From positions 1-61,614 of the forward strand of contig CAYJNJ010000009.1 of assembly GCA_964371595.1 (NCBI GenBank): DNA of 61,614 bases, written 5' to 3'. Origin of the DNA: an uncultured Bacteroidales bacterium. GTDB taxonomy: Bacteria > Bacteroidota > Bacteroidia > Bacteroidales > JAGOPY01. A program made the translations under genes and the position numbers. This document shows, one piece after another, positions 27,053 to 37,065 of the stretch; within the stretch, counting starts at the first letter, position 1, and each line of letters starts with the position of its first letter. A model generated the notes under the pieces. That model saw only the letters and a list, made by a program, of their open reading frames with translations. It searched no databases and had not been told where the DNA came from.

Positions 27053-28054
27053 ATGGGCGTATTAACAGTTTCAGGATCTCCCCACATCCACAGCGATCAG
27101 CCTGTCAACAAGATCATGTTCGGGGTGGTCATTGCGATGATCCCGGCCATGCTGGTTTCATTTTATTTTTTCGGCCTGGATGCAGCCAGGGTCACACTGA
27201 TCTCGGTGCTGGCCTGCCTGTTCTTCGAATGGGTGATACAGAAATACCTGCTGAAAGGGCCCCTTACAATTAACGACGGATCGGCCATCGTTACCGGCAT
27301 CCTGCTGGCATTTAACGTACCCAGCAACCTGCCATCCTGGATGCTGATCATCGGGGCCTTCGCGGCTGTCGTTATCGCTAAGATGAGCTTTGGCGGCCTT
27401 GGAAAGAATCCTTTCAACCCGGCGCTCGTTGGCCGTGTATTTCTCCTGATCTCCTTCCCTGTCGCTATGACCACCTGGCCTGTCCCGAACCCTGTTTTCG
27501 GCGGAACGGCCGTTACCGATGCCATCACGGGCCCTACCACCCTTGGATTCATAAAGGAAGGACTGAAAGCCGGAAAAACAGTCTCGGAATTACTCCCCCA
27601 GGTGCCGACCTATGCAAGTGAATTCCTGGGAAACCAGGGTGGTTCGCTCGGGGAGGTTTCGGCCATTGCCTTGTTGTTAGGCGCCCTATTTATGTTCTAT
27701 AAAAAAATCATCACCTGGCATATCCCCGTATCTTATATCCTGTCGGTTGTGATCTTTTCAGGGATATTCTGGCTCATCAATCCCGAACAATACCTCGACC
27801 CCGTATTTCATCTTTTAACAGGCGGTATGGTCCTGGGTATCTTTTTTATGGCAACCGACATGGTTTCCTCCCCGATCTCTGCCAGGGGGATGCTTGTGTT
27901 TGGTGCAGGGTGCGGGATACTTACCATCCTGATCAGGACCTGGGGAGGCTACCCCGAGGGGGTGTCTTTTGCCATCCTGATCATGAACGCATTTACGCCG
28001 CTGATCAATAAAGGCTTTAAGCCAAGAAGGTTTGGAGTGGTCAAGAAAAGTTAA
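27053..28054 (+). CDS. rnfD: Rnf subunit D
   Basis: SPHIH, FGGLGKNPFNPAL, DAITGPT, MATD, YPEGVSFAIL. Confidence 0.95.
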   Translation: MGVLTVSGSPHIHSDQPVNKIMFGVVIAMIPAMLVSFYFFGLDAARVTLISVLACLFFEWVIQKYLLKGPLTINDGSAIVTGILLAFNVPSNLPSWMLIIGAFAAVVIAKMSFGGLGKNPFNPALVGRVFLLISFPVAMTTWPVPNPVFGGTAVTDAITGPTTLGFIKEGLKAGKTVSELLPQVPTYASEFLGNQGGSLGEVSAIALLLGALFMFYKKIITWHIPVSYILSVVIFSGIFWLINPEQYLDPVFHLLTGGMVLGIFFMATDMVSSPISARGMLVFGAGCGILTILIRTWGGYPEGVSFAILIMNAFTPLINKGFKPRRFGVVKKS

Positions 28055-28065
28055 TCTTAAAGATT

Positions 28066-28638
28066 ATGGCAAAGAAAGAATCTTCCCTGAAAAATATGAT
28101 CATCTCACTGGTGATAATCTCCTTTGTTGCTTCCCTTGCCCTGGGCGGAATTTACACTATCACCAAAGAGCCCATTGAATTAGCCGCCAGAGCCAAGCAG
28201 GTGAATGCAATCAAAGAAGTGCTGCCGCAGTTTGACAGCCTGTATTCTTACAAAGTTATGCCGGAAAACGGTAAAGACTCTGTTACCATCCATTTGGGAT
28301 TATCAGGTGACAGTCTTGTCGGGACTGCCATTGCCACGTATTCAAATAACGGGTACAATGCAACGCAGATACAGCTTATGGTAGGGTTTCTTCCCAATTC
28401 AACCATAAACAACATCTCCGTAGTTCAGCAAAATGAAACCCCCGGGCTTGGAACAAAAATGAAAGAGCCTAAATTCAAGGATCAGTTTAATAAGATAAAT
28501 CCTGCCGATTTTAAGCTTAAGGTGAAAAAAGACGGGGGTGAAGTAGATGCAATTACGGCTGCGACGATCTCTTCAAGGGCATTTTGTGATGCTGTTGACA
28601 GGGCATGGCAGGTTTATCAAAAGAATGGAGGGAATTAA
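28066..28638 (+). CDS. rnfG: Rnf subunit G
   Basis: ETPGLG and DAITAATISS FMN-binding motif. Confidence 0.93.
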   Translation: MAKKESSLKNMIISLVIISFVASLALGGIYTITKEPIELAARAKQVNAIKEVLPQFDSLYSYKVMPENGKDSVTIHLGLSGDSLVGTAIATYSNNGYNATQIQLMVGFLPNSTINNISVVQQNETPGLGTKMKEPKFKDQFNKINPADFKLKVKKDGGEVDAITAATISSRAFCDAVDRAWQVYQKNGGN

Positions 28639-28640
28639 TC

Positions 28641-29225
28641 ATGAACCAGTTAAAGAATTTCACCAAAGGCTTCGTCAGGGAAAACCCGATTCTGGTTTTG
28701 CTCCTGGGTACCTGTCCGACCCTGGCCGTTACTACCTCTGCGATCAACGGACTGGGGATGGGGCTGGCCACGACATTTGTTCTTGTAGGCTCAAATATGG
28801 TGGTCTCCCTTGTCAAGAATTCCGTTCCCGATAAGGTAAGGATCCCCGCTTTTGTAGTAATCATTGCTTCTTTCGTAACCATTGTCCAGTTGCTGATGCA
28901 GGCCTACACACCTTCGCTTTATGATGCGCTGGGCATTTTCATCCCGCTCATTGTAGTGAACTGTATCGTACTTGGCCGTGCGGAGGCTTTTGCATCAAAA
29001 CAGGGTGTCCTTTCCTCGGGGATCGACGGCCTTGGGATGGGTTTAGGGTTTACGATGGCCTTGTTCCTGCTGGGATCGGTGAGGGAAGCCCTTGGAAATG
29101 CTTCTGTTATGGGTTATAAATTTGCCGAAGGCGACGGGATCCTCATATTTGTCCTCTCCCCGGGAGCATTTATCGCCCTCGGTTACTTTATCGCCCTGAT
29201 GAACCGGATTAAAAAAACTTCCTAA
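28641..29225 (+). CDS. rnfE: Rnf subunit E
   Basis: ENPILVLLLGTCPTLAVT, IPLIVVNC, GRAEAFA; ATG at 28641. Confidence 0.95.
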   Translation: MNQLKNFTKGFVRENPILVLLLGTCPTLAVTTSAINGLGMGLATTFVLVGSNMVVSLVKNSVPDKVRIPAFVVIIASFVTIVQLLMQAYTPSLYDALGIFIPLIVVNCIVLGRAEAFASKQGVLSSGIDGLGMGLGFTMALFLLGSVREALGNASVMGYKFAEGDGILIFVLSPGAFIALGYFIALMNRIKKTS

Positions 29226-29237
29226 AACACTGGCAAT

Positions 29238-29813
29238 ATGGAATATTTCGTAATTGTAATTTCAGCCATTTTCGTTTCCAATATCGTGCTTTCCCAGTTC
29301 CTGGGCATCTGCCCATTCCTGGGGGTCAGCAACAAAGTAGGCACCGCTGTGGGCATGAGCGCAGCCGTCGTATTTGTTATCGCCCTCGCCACGATCGTTA
29401 CCTGGGTTGTCCAGATCTACGTGCTTGAACCATTCAACATATCCTTCCTTCAGACCATCAGCTTTATCCTGATCATCGCCTTTTTAGTCCAGATGGTCGA
29501 AATCATCCTCAAGAAAATTTCACCTCCTCTATACCAGGCACTCGGTATATACTTACCTTTGATCACAACAAATTGTGCCGTGCTCGGCGTGGCGCTCCTG
29601 GTACATACCAAAAGCTATAACCTGCTCCAGAGTGTGGTCTATGGCACATCCATCGCAGTGGGATTTGGTTTTGCCATTGTGCTCTTTGCCGGCATTCGCG
29701 AACATACAGAATTGATGGGCACCCCGAAAGGTATGAAAGGCGTCCCCATTGCCCTCATCACGGCGGGCATTCTGTCACTGGCCTTTATGGGCTTTAGCGG
29801 ACTGGTAAAATAA
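29238..29813 (+). CDS. rnfA: Rnf subunit A
   Basis: FLGICPFLGVS, LPLITTNCAVLG, LAFMGFSG. Confidence 0.95.
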   Translation: MEYFVIVISAIFVSNIVLSQFLGICPFLGVSNKVGTAVGMSAAVVFVIALATIVTWVVQIYVLEPFNISFLQTISFILIIAFLVQMVEIILKKISPPLYQALGIYLPLITTNCAVLGVALLVHTKSYNLLQSVVYGTSIAVGFGFAIVLFAGIREHTELMGTPKGMKGVPIALITAGILSLAFMGFSGLVK

Positions 29814-30484
29814 TGGATGAAGAAAAAGTAATTTATTTCAAAGACGTCCCCGTTTATCAGCGGGAATCCATGGTTTTCTCCGGGGCTTCACTCGAGGTGA
29901 AGCAAGGGGAATTTGTGTACCTTATCGGGAAAACAGGGACAGGGAAAAGCTCGCTTCTGAAGGCAATGTATGCTGAATTGCCTGTTAAACAAGGAGAAGC
30001 GGTTGTGGCTGGTTGTAATCTTATCGGTATCCGGTCCAGGGAAATTCCCCTGCTGCGGCGGAAATTGGGAATTATTTTCCAGGATTTCCAGCTCCTTTCC
30101 GACAGGAACGTGGAGGAGAACCTGATGTTCGTCCTTAAAGCCACGGGCTGGAAGAATAAAAAGGAGATGAAAGATCAGATCAAGACAGTTTTGCAAAAGG
30201 TCGGGCTCTCAACGAAAGGATTTAAGCTTCCGCACCAGCTATCCGGCGGGGAACAGCAGAGAGTGGCCATCGCCCGTTCACTGCTTAACGATCCTGAGAT
30301 CATCCTTGCCGATGAACCGACAGGGAACCTCGATCCTGAAACATCCAGGGAGATCATGAGGTTGCTGATTGAGATCAGCCAGGCCGGTCGCGCCGTACTG
30401 ATGGCAACACATAATTATCTTTTGTTGAATGAATTTTCTTCGCGGATCATACGGTGCGAAGGAGGTAAGCTTCACAGCTTGTAG
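29813..30484 (+). CDS. ftsE: FtsE-like ABC ATP-binding protein
   Basis: [42 protein letters not shown]. Confidence 0.75.
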   Translation: MDEEKVIYFKDVPVYQRESMVFSGASLEVKQGEFVYLIGKTGTGKSSLLKAMYAELPVKQGEAVVAGCNLIGIRSREIPLLRRKLGIIFQDFQLLSDRNVEENLMFVLKATGWKNKKEMKDQIKTVLQKVGLSTKGFKLPHQLSGGEQQRVAIARSLLNDPEIILADEPTGNLDPETSREIMRLLIEISQAGRAVLMATHNYLLLNEFSSRIIRCEGGKLHSL

Positions 30485-31605
30485 ATCAGTTCCAGCATCT
30501 TCCGTCCGTTGACCATATTATCATATCTTTCTTTCAGTTTTTCAGACCGCAGCAAAGATTCTTCCGCCGTAAATTCTTTATCGAACAGTTCTTTCAGTTT
30601 TAATTGAAGTTCTTCGGTAGTATTCCCCATTTCACATAAACCATCCAGCGAGGTGCCTTTGACCATGGCTTCGTTCACCAGGCAAAACCTGCCATTGTAC
30701 AGCGTGTTCAGCAGCTTGAGCTTCAGCCCCGTAGCCTGGAATGTAACCAGGATATTCACCTGGGCATTGCGGATCAGGTCGAACATTTTATCGTCTTCCG
30801 GGTTGGCAACCAGCATAACGTTGGAATAAGGGGCAGCCAGTTTTTTGAACCTCTCCCTGGGCTTCATCCCGGCAATGATCAGCGGGAAATCCAGAGTATT
30901 GAATACTTTGGTGATCAGGTATGTTGCGGCGAACTCATTTTCCGGGACTTCAATATTTCCATGGTAAAGTGCATAATCACCTTTGCCGGGAAGGATAGAA
31001 ACATTGTCGTTGGCATGGAAGCTGGGAAGGTGGTATATCGCTTTTCCGCTGAAATGGGCCCTGAGATAATCCGTGTCATGCTGTGAGACGGCCAGCATCA
31101 GGTCGGCGTGGCGGAGCACTTTCTGGTAAAGCCTTAATTTGGCACTCGCAAGCAGGAAATAGATCCGGTTGCGGAGGTTTGCATCGACCTTGAAAAGGTT
31201 AAAATAATAGCGGTGTTCTATATTGCTTTCGCGATAAATCTTAAACCTGGATTTCAGGCGCGGGTCGTTGAGATAGTAGCAGCTATGCAGGCCTTCAAAC
31301 AGGATAGGGTGATCGTCCGTTAAAAGGTTTTTCACTAGTTCTTCCGATTTCCTCGAAGTAACAATGTAAGGAGCAAAGCTCAGGGCGGAGCGTAATCCAG
31401 TTATCCTGGGGTAATAGAAGACTTCTTCACAACATTCATTCAGTTCCTGTGACCGGTCCCTGCCAGGATATTCAAAGCAATGAAGATGGATTTTAACACC
31501 CAGCCTGTGAAGGGTCTTGAGCTTGAAAAAGACATCGATGACCCCGCCGTAATTCGGGGGATATGGAATATCGAAGGAAATAATATGCAGGTGTTTATCC
31601 GGCAT
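30472..31605 (-). CDS. Glycosyltransferase (GT-B fold, GT4-like)
   Basis: [25 protein letters not shown]. Confidence 0.75.
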   Translation of the reverse strand: MPDKHLHIISFDIPYPPNYGGVIDVFFKLKTLHRLGVKIHLHCFEYPGRDRSQELNECCEEVFYYPRITGLRSALSFAPYIVTSRKSEELVKNLLTDDHPILFEGLHSCYYLNDPRLKSRFKIYRESNIEHRYYFNLFKVDANLRNRIYFLLASAKLRLYQKVLRHADLMLAVSQHDTDYLRAHFSGKAIYHLPSFHANDNVSILPGKGDYALYHGNIEVPENEFAATYLITKVFNTLDFPLIIAGMKPRERFKKLAAPYSNVMLVANPEDDKMFDLIRNAQVNILVTFQATGLKLKLLNTLYNGRFCLVNEAMVKGTSLDGLCEMGNTTEELQLKLKELFDKEFTAEESLLRSEKLKERYDNMVNGRKMLELIYKL

Positions 31606-32713
31606 AAGGTTTATAGACAGTGATTAAGACCATTTTCTCATTTTCCCAGCAAAGTTCACTTGCCGCAAATTTAAGGTTTTCTTTCCATTGTGCAATGCGG
31701 ACAGGGTCAGCCAGCATCTCCTTCATTTTCGCAGCGATATGTTCAGGATCGTGGTTATCGATAAGCATGCCGACTTTATACCCCAGGACTATTTTACTGA
31801 TCTCAGGCAGGGGAGAGGCTAGGACCGGGACACGTGCCTGTATATAATCAAAGAGCTTGTTGGGCAGGCTGAAATGGTAGTTGATATTGGTGTCTTTATC
31901 GATGGTAAGCCCGATATCGGCATGCACTGAATAATTGTACAGTTCTTCAGAAGGCAGTCTTGGGATGAATTTCACCTTATCTTTCAGCAAGGGGTCGCCG
32001 GCAAGCTGCTTAAGCTTCCCGATCACATCTCCACTGCCAATGATAAGCAACAGGGCATTGTCGGTATATTTCATGGCCATGACGGCTTCTTCCGCGCCCC
32101 GGTCGATATTGATGCCTGCCCCCTGCAGAAGGATGATCTTCCTGTCTACGGGCAAGTCAAGATCATTTCGCGTTTTCAATATACGGTATTCCCTGGAATA
32201 GGGCACATTGCGGGCAACCTTCACATCTACATGGTAAAGGTCCCGGAAAATCCCGGCCAGCGATTCATTGACAGTGAAAACATGCTTCAGCTTCGGAAAA
32301 ATCCGGCGTTCAATGGCTTTCCAGGTATTTTGCACCCATCTGCGGTCAACGAGCTCGGGGACCTCTGTGAAGTTCTCATGGCTGTCGTACACAATCGGGA
32401 TTCTTTTTAATTTGGAAATGATATAATTAGGTAATAAGGTGTCGAGGTCATTGGAAACAAGAAGATGGGCTTTGCGAACGATTAGGTATAAAAAAAGGCG
32501 GATATTGAATTCCATATAGAAAAACGGCCCTTTTTCAAAGATAAGGCACATGCGGTGTTGTGAAAATGGCTTTTGGATTAACAGGGCCGAGTCCCTTTTT
32601 TTGCGGCCGACCAATTGCACCTCAAACCCCAGTTCATGCAGTGTCCTGCAGGTGCGGTCAACGCGCTGGTCGGTGTTCAGGTCGTTTATTACTGATACAA
32701 TGACTTTTTTCAA
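31595..32713 (-). CDS. GT4 glycosyltransferase
   Basis: [23 protein letters not shown]; TTG start. Confidence 0.85.
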   Translation of the reverse strand: MKKVIVSVINDLNTDQRVDRTCRTLHELGFEVQLVGRKKRDSALLIQKPFSQHRMCLIFEKGPFFYMEFNIRLFLYLIVRKAHLLVSNDLDTLLPNYIISKLKRIPIVYDSHENFTEVPELVDRRWVQNTWKAIERRIFPKLKHVFTVNESLAGIFRDLYHVDVKVARNVPYSREYRILKTRNDLDLPVDRKIILLQGAGINIDRGAEEAVMAMKYTDNALLLIIGSGDVIGKLKQLAGDPLLKDKVKFIPRLPSEELYNYSVHADIGLTIDKDTNINYHFSLPNKLFDYIQARVPVLASPLPEISKIVLGYKVGMLIDNHDPEHIAAKMKEMLADPVRIAQWKENLKFAASELCWENEKMVLITVYKPYAG

Positions 32714-32811
32714 TTCCTTGAATAATGAAAAGGTCTGTTAATCCTGTATTGCGAAATTATGAATTATCGCCGACAAATCGTTAAATTTGGTGTTTCAACA
32801 ACGGGCAAACC

Positions 32812-33852
32812 ATGGAGATATTTCCCAATCATTCGCTATTCAAATTTAATACCTTCGGTATTGATGTTAAGGCCAGGGAGTTTGCAGAGGTTGAAAGGGA
32901 AGCCGATCTCGTTGAAATTATTTCCGATTGTCGTGATAAATCCAGGAAATTGCTGATCCTTGGCGGGGGCAGCAATGTGCTGTTTACCGGTGATTTTGAC
33001 GGGATGGTTGCAAGGATTTGCACCAGGGGCATGGAGATTATCGCGGAAGATGAAGAAGAAGTCAGGCTCAGGGTGGCCGCCGGAGAGGACTGGGACGGGC
33101 TGGTACAATATTGTGTAGAGCAGGGCTGGGGCGGGCTGGAAAACCTCTCGGGGATACCGGGATATGCCGGCAGCAGCCCGATCCAGAATATCGGGGCTTA
33201 CGGGACCGAGTTGAAAGACCACTTTTTATCACTGGAAGGCATCAACCATTGCACCGGCGAAAAGGTGCAGTTTGATGCGGAGCGTTGCCAGTTTGGCTAC
33301 CGCGACAGCATATTCAAGCGTGCACTCAAAGGCAGGATAGTTATAACGAATGTCATTTTCCGCCTAAGTAAAAAACCGGTTATAAACCTCACGTACCAGG
33401 CCCTGAAACAAAAATTATCCACGATACCAGAAAAAGAGATCACGATACAGAATGTCCGCGAAACAGTCCTTGGGATCAGGTCATCCAAGCTGCCTGATCC
33501 GAAAGTTATCGGCAATGCAGGGAGTTTCTTTAAGAACCCGGTAATTGGTGCTTCGAAACTGGAAGAATTGAAGGATAGGTTTCCAGGATTAGTTTTCTTT
33601 GAATTGCCGACCGCCGACCGCCGACCGCCGACTGCCGACTATAAATTAGCTGCCGGCTGGCTCATCGAGCAATGCGGATGGAAAGGGTACCGGACCGGGG
33701 ATGCCGGCGTGCACAAAGACCAGGCCCTTGTGCTTGTTAATTACGGCCATGCTTCCGGCCACGAGATCCTCGACCTGGCATTGAAAATTCAGCAGTCGGT
33801 GAAGGAAAAATTTGGCGTAGAGCTGGAAAGGGAGGTGAATGTGATTCAGTAG
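32812..33852 (+). CDS. murB: UDP-N-acetylmuramate dehydrogenase
   Basis: LGGGSNVLF, GLENLSGIPG, FGYRDS, GNAGSFFKNP, AGWLIE, QALVLVN, LEREV. Confidence 0.96.
   Translation: MEIFPNHSLFKFNTFGIDVKAREFAEVEREADLVEIISDCRDKSRKLLILGGGSNVLFTGDFDGMVARICTRGMEIIAEDEEEVRLRVAAGEDWDGLVQYCVEQGWGGLENLSGIPGYAGSSPIQNIGAYGTELKDHFLSLEGINHCTGEKVQFDAERCQFGYRDSIFKRALKGRIVITNVIFRLSKKPVINLTYQALKQKLSTIPEKEITIQNVRETVLGIRSSKLPDPKVIGNAGSFFKNPVIGASKLEELKDRFPGLVFFELPTADRRPPTADYKLAAGWLIEQCGWKGYRTGDAGVHKDQALVLVNYGHASGHEILDLALKIQQSVKEKFGVELEREVNVIQ
33606..33640 (+). repeat. GCCGACY x5 heptamer repeat inside murB
   Basis: gccgacc gccgacc gccgacc gccgact gccgact, encoding PTADRRPPTAD. Confidence 0.92.
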
Positions 33853-33943
33853 GGGCGACCGGTCCTATGATGAATTTTACTCTTAAATACTTTTTTGTAT
33901 GGATTTTATCTAAATTTGATCTTACTTGAGTTTAGTAAAAAGG

Positions 33944-34267
33944 ATGTTTAATAATATCTCATTGCTTAATGTTGTTCAGTGGATCTGGCGAAAGAAAGAA
34001 GCGTTAATCTGGCTTTCAGCATTGATCTTCCTCGCCATTTCTAACCCGGCCGGGCACCATTACACGCTTTGCCCCCTGGATAACCTGGGTATTACCTATT
34101 GCCCGGGTTGCGGACTGGGAAGATCGGTGGGCTATTTTTTCAGGGCCGATCTTGCATCTTCCGTCCTTTCGCACCCTTTAGGTGTCCCGACAATTATCCT
34201 GCTGATTTACAGGTCAGTTAAAATATTGACCGGTCAAAATGATTTTAATTTCTCAACCATTAAATAA
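33944..34267 (+). CDS. DUF2752 family membrane protein
   Basis: CPL...CPGCGLGRS...HPLG motif; start codon uncertain. Confidence 0.8.
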   Translation: MFNNISLLNVVQWIWRKKEALIWLSALIFLAISNPAGHHYTLCPLDNLGITYCPGCGLGRSVGYFFRADLASSVLSHPLGVPTIILLIYRSVKILTGQNDFNFSTIK

Positions 34268-34275
34268 TAGAACGT

Positions 34276-34629
34276 ATGGCTAACTTATTCCAGTTTTTAC
34301 CTGAATTACAAGGACGTGAGCTCATGTTCGTCCAGGGGCTCACTAAAGATTTCACCGAATCACAGCTGATGAACTTTTCAAACCTTTACCGTGTACGCAG
34401 ACGTGACCCTCAAATTATCCTTCTGACAACGCTGGTCGGATTTGTTGGATTCGCCGGTATTCAGCGCTTTCTTATCAACCAGATCGGGATGGGGATCCTG
34501 TATTTGCTAACCGCGGGACTTTGCTTTATCGGAACAATTATAGACCTGATCAATTACCAGGACCTTGCTATTGAATATAATATGAGAATGGCTAATGAGT
34601 CGGCCATGCTGGTGAAAGGGATGTCCTGA
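34276..34629 (+). CDS. TM2 domain membrane protein
   Basis: G.AGIQRF...GMGILYLLTAGLCFIGTIIDL. Confidence 0.85.
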   Translation: MANLFQFLPELQGRELMFVQGLTKDFTESQLMNFSNLYRVRRRDPQIILLTTLVGFVGFAGIQRFLINQIGMGILYLLTAGLCFIGTIIDLINYQDLAIEYNMRMANESAMLVKGMS

Positions 34630-34640
34630 GCCTGTTTTTC

Positions 34641-35552
34641 TTATGCCAATAGTGCCCCGGTCAGCTCTGAAACTGATTTGACCCCGTGACGCACCATATA
34701 TTCCTCGATCCCTTCCAGGATTTTAATGGAAACTGCCGGATCGATATAATTGGCTGTGCCTACCTGGATTGCGCTTGACCCTGCCAGGAGGAATTCGATG
34801 GCATCCGTGGCGTTCATGATCCCGCCCATCCCGATTACCGGGATAGATACGGCTTTGTAAACATCCCTGACCATCCGCAGGGCGATTGGCTTTATTGCCG
34901 GCCCTGACAGGCCACCGGTGACAGTTCCGAGGATAGGTTTCCTTGTTTCGGCATTGATCGCAATCCCAAGGAAAGTGTTGACAAGGGAAACGGCATCTGC
35001 ACCGGCATCTGCCACGATTTTTGCCATCATAGCTATATCTGTCACATTAGGTGACAGCTTGACGATCAGGGTGCCTTTGAAAACCTCACGAACCGCCCTG
35101 GTAGCTTCCGCCGCCGTTTTAGGATTGATGCCGAAAGCCATGCCGCCGGCTTTGACATTAGGGCAGGAGATGTTCAGCTCGATGGCCTCTATCCCTTTAA
35201 CATCATTGATTTTTGAAGAAATGGTAATATAATCCTCAATTGTTGAACCATTGACATTAGGTATGATATAAGTGTCGAAATGTTTGATCCGGGGATAAAT
35301 CGAACTAATGTAGTTATCTATTCCTTTATTCTGTAAGCCTACGGAATTAAGCATTCCTGAAGGCGTTTCGGCCATCCGCGGGTAGGGGTTGCCTTCCCGG
35401 TTCTCCAGTGTTATGCCTTTGGTGAAGATGGCGCCCAAACGGTTAACGTCCATGAAATCGGCATATTCCTCACCGTAGCCGTAAGTGCCGGAAGCCGTCG
35501 ATACAGGGTTCTTCCAGGTCAGCTTATGAATTTTGACTTCCAGGTTTACCAT
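34641..35552 (-). CDS. pyrD: Dihydroorotate dehydrogenase B, catalytic subunit
   Basis: [40 protein letters not shown]. Confidence 0.95.
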   Translation of the reverse strand: MVNLEVKIHKLTWKNPVSTASGTYGYGEEYADFMDVNRLGAIFTKGITLENREGNPYPRMAETPSGMLNSVGLQNKGIDNYISSIYPRIKHFDTYIIPNVNGSTIEDYITISSKINDVKGIEAIELNISCPNVKAGGMAFGINPKTAAEATRAVREVFKGTLIVKLSPNVTDIAMMAKIVADAGADAVSLVNTFLGIAINAETRKPILGTVTGGLSGPAIKPIALRMVRDVYKAVSIPVIGMGGIMNATDAIEFLLAGSSAIQVGTANYIDPAVSIKILEGIEEYMVRHGVKSVSELTGALLA

Positions 35553-36325
35553 TTCAATTCGTTGACGTTAAAAACAGGTCCATCGGTACATACACATAAA
35601 TTGCCCTTCCGGGTCGGGACGATGCAGCACAGGCAGGCCCCAAATCCGCAGGCCATGGTATTTTCTAGCGAAACTTCACAGGGAATGTTTTTCTCCCTTG
35701 CAATATTTGCAATGGCCTTCATCATCTTATCCGGGCCGCAACTGACGATGAAATCAAAAGGCAGATCCGGAGTTTTGAAGATGCTGTGCTGCGTGACAAG
35801 CCCTTTTTCCCCTAATGTCCCGTCTTCAGTAGTCACCAGGACTTTCCCTAGTTTCTGAAACTGGTCGGTCAGGACGATCTCATCCGCCGACCTGGCCCCG
35901 AACAGGAAAGTGACTTCTGTGTTTGCCCTTTCAAATGCTTTGCCGTAAAGGATAAAAGGTGCAACACCAGATCCGCCGGCTACAACAAGGATCCGTCCTG
36001 TCGAAGGTATAGAAAAACCATTTCCGAGAGGGTAAATCAGGTTCAGTTTTTCACCATTTCTCTTTTCGCCCATCAGCCTTGTCCCTTCACCAATCACTTT
36101 GACGAAAAAACTGATCGTGTTTCTTTCATAATCCACATCATAGACCGAAAATGGCCTTCTCAGGAAAACCTTGGGTGAATTGGCGATTTCAATTTCGGCA
36201 AAATTGCCGGGCAGGATAACGGGAAGTTTTTCCCCGGCTTCAAGTTCGATAATAAAAGTCTTATTGTTAAGCCAGTGCAGGTTGGTTACGGTCAGGTCCT
36301 CGATTCTTTTCATGCGGTCATGCAT
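35546..36325 (-). CDS. pyrK: Dihydroorotate dehydrogenase electron transfer subunit
   Basis: [23 protein letters not shown]...CTDGPVF; start at 36325 or 36313. Confidence 0.93.
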   Translation of the reverse strand: MHDRMKRIEDLTVTNLHWLNNKTFIIELEAGEKLPVILPGNFAEIEIANSPKVFLRRPFSVYDVDYERNTISFFVKVIGEGTRLMGEKRNGEKLNLIYPLGNGFSIPSTGRILVVAGGSGVAPFILYGKAFERANTEVTFLFGARSADEIVLTDQFQKLGKVLVTTEDGTLGEKGLVTQHSIFKTPDLPFDFIVSCGPDKMMKAIANIAREKNIPCEVSLENTMACGFGACLCCIVPTRKGNLCVCTDGPVFNVNELKW

Positions 36326-36337
36326 TGACAAAATCCG

Positions 36338-36790
36338 CTATGCCTTTTCCTGTTCCTCTGCTTCAGCCGGTTTGGCCTCAGTAGTGTCCACCTCCGGTTC
36401 TTCTTCAAAATCCAGCAGCTCTTTTTCAGTCAGCAAGTTATACCAGGCGATGGCTTTTTTCATATCGGAAACATAAACCCTTTCCGGGTCATATTCAGGA
36501 ATGGCATCCAGGAAAAAAGCTTTGATGACCTGGCTATCGCTGGCGGCATCAGGGCCGGGCTGACCGGCAAGTTTATCCTGCATCTTTTTAAAAACGTCTT
36601 TAAGGGGAAGGTCATCCTCGACGGTGGTGAAAATACTGATTTCCTCAAGTGAGCTAACCCTTTCGTGGGCAAAGACGGGGAACCGCTTCTGGTCGGCCAG
36701 GGATTCGACGATAAAGCCTGATTTAGTCTGCGAAAGCATTTTATAAAGTCCGGGCTTGCCGCTTATAGCTAATATTTTGCTGAGTTCCAT
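36338..36790 (-). CDS. DUF5606-family conserved Bacteroidota protein
   Basis: ILAISGKPGLYK...SLEEISIFT...YDPERVYVSDMKK. Confidence 0.8.
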   Translation of the reverse strand: MELSKILAISGKPGLYKMLSQTKSGFIVESLADQKRFPVFAHERVSSLEEISIFTTVEDDLPLKDVFKKMQDKLAGQPGPDAASDSQVIKAFFLDAIPEYDPERVYVSDMKKAIAWYNLLTEKELLDFEEEPEVDTTEAKPAEAEEQEKA

Positions 36791-36858
36791 CGTTTAAATT
36801 TTCAGCAAAATTACAAAATTCCTGCGGTTGAACGTAATAGATTTCGTTTTTCGAAACC

Positions 36859-37045
36859 TTTCTGTCGTCCCTGATGGGACTTTATTTGGTGTATTGGGAT
36901 TCCATTTCTACCAAACTGACGTCCTTAAGGACTTATTAGTTATGAAAATGCCTAAATGAACCGGTTTAACAAGTCCCGCAAGGGACGATAGTTTGGTTTC
37001 ACTGATAATGGCCAGATAAACAAAGTGCCGTAGGCACGGCAGAAA
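36859..37045. repeat. REPIN-like nested palindrome with four GTCCC/GGGAC-type hairpins
   Basis: GTCCC-tgat-GGGAC (36867), GTCC-ttaa-GGAC (36921), GTCCC-gcaa-GGGAC (36973), GTGCC-gta-GGCAC (37025). Outer and inner pairs are mutually inverted. Confidence 0.75.
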
Positions 37046-37065
37046 AGATAAAAGGCATATTTGGA

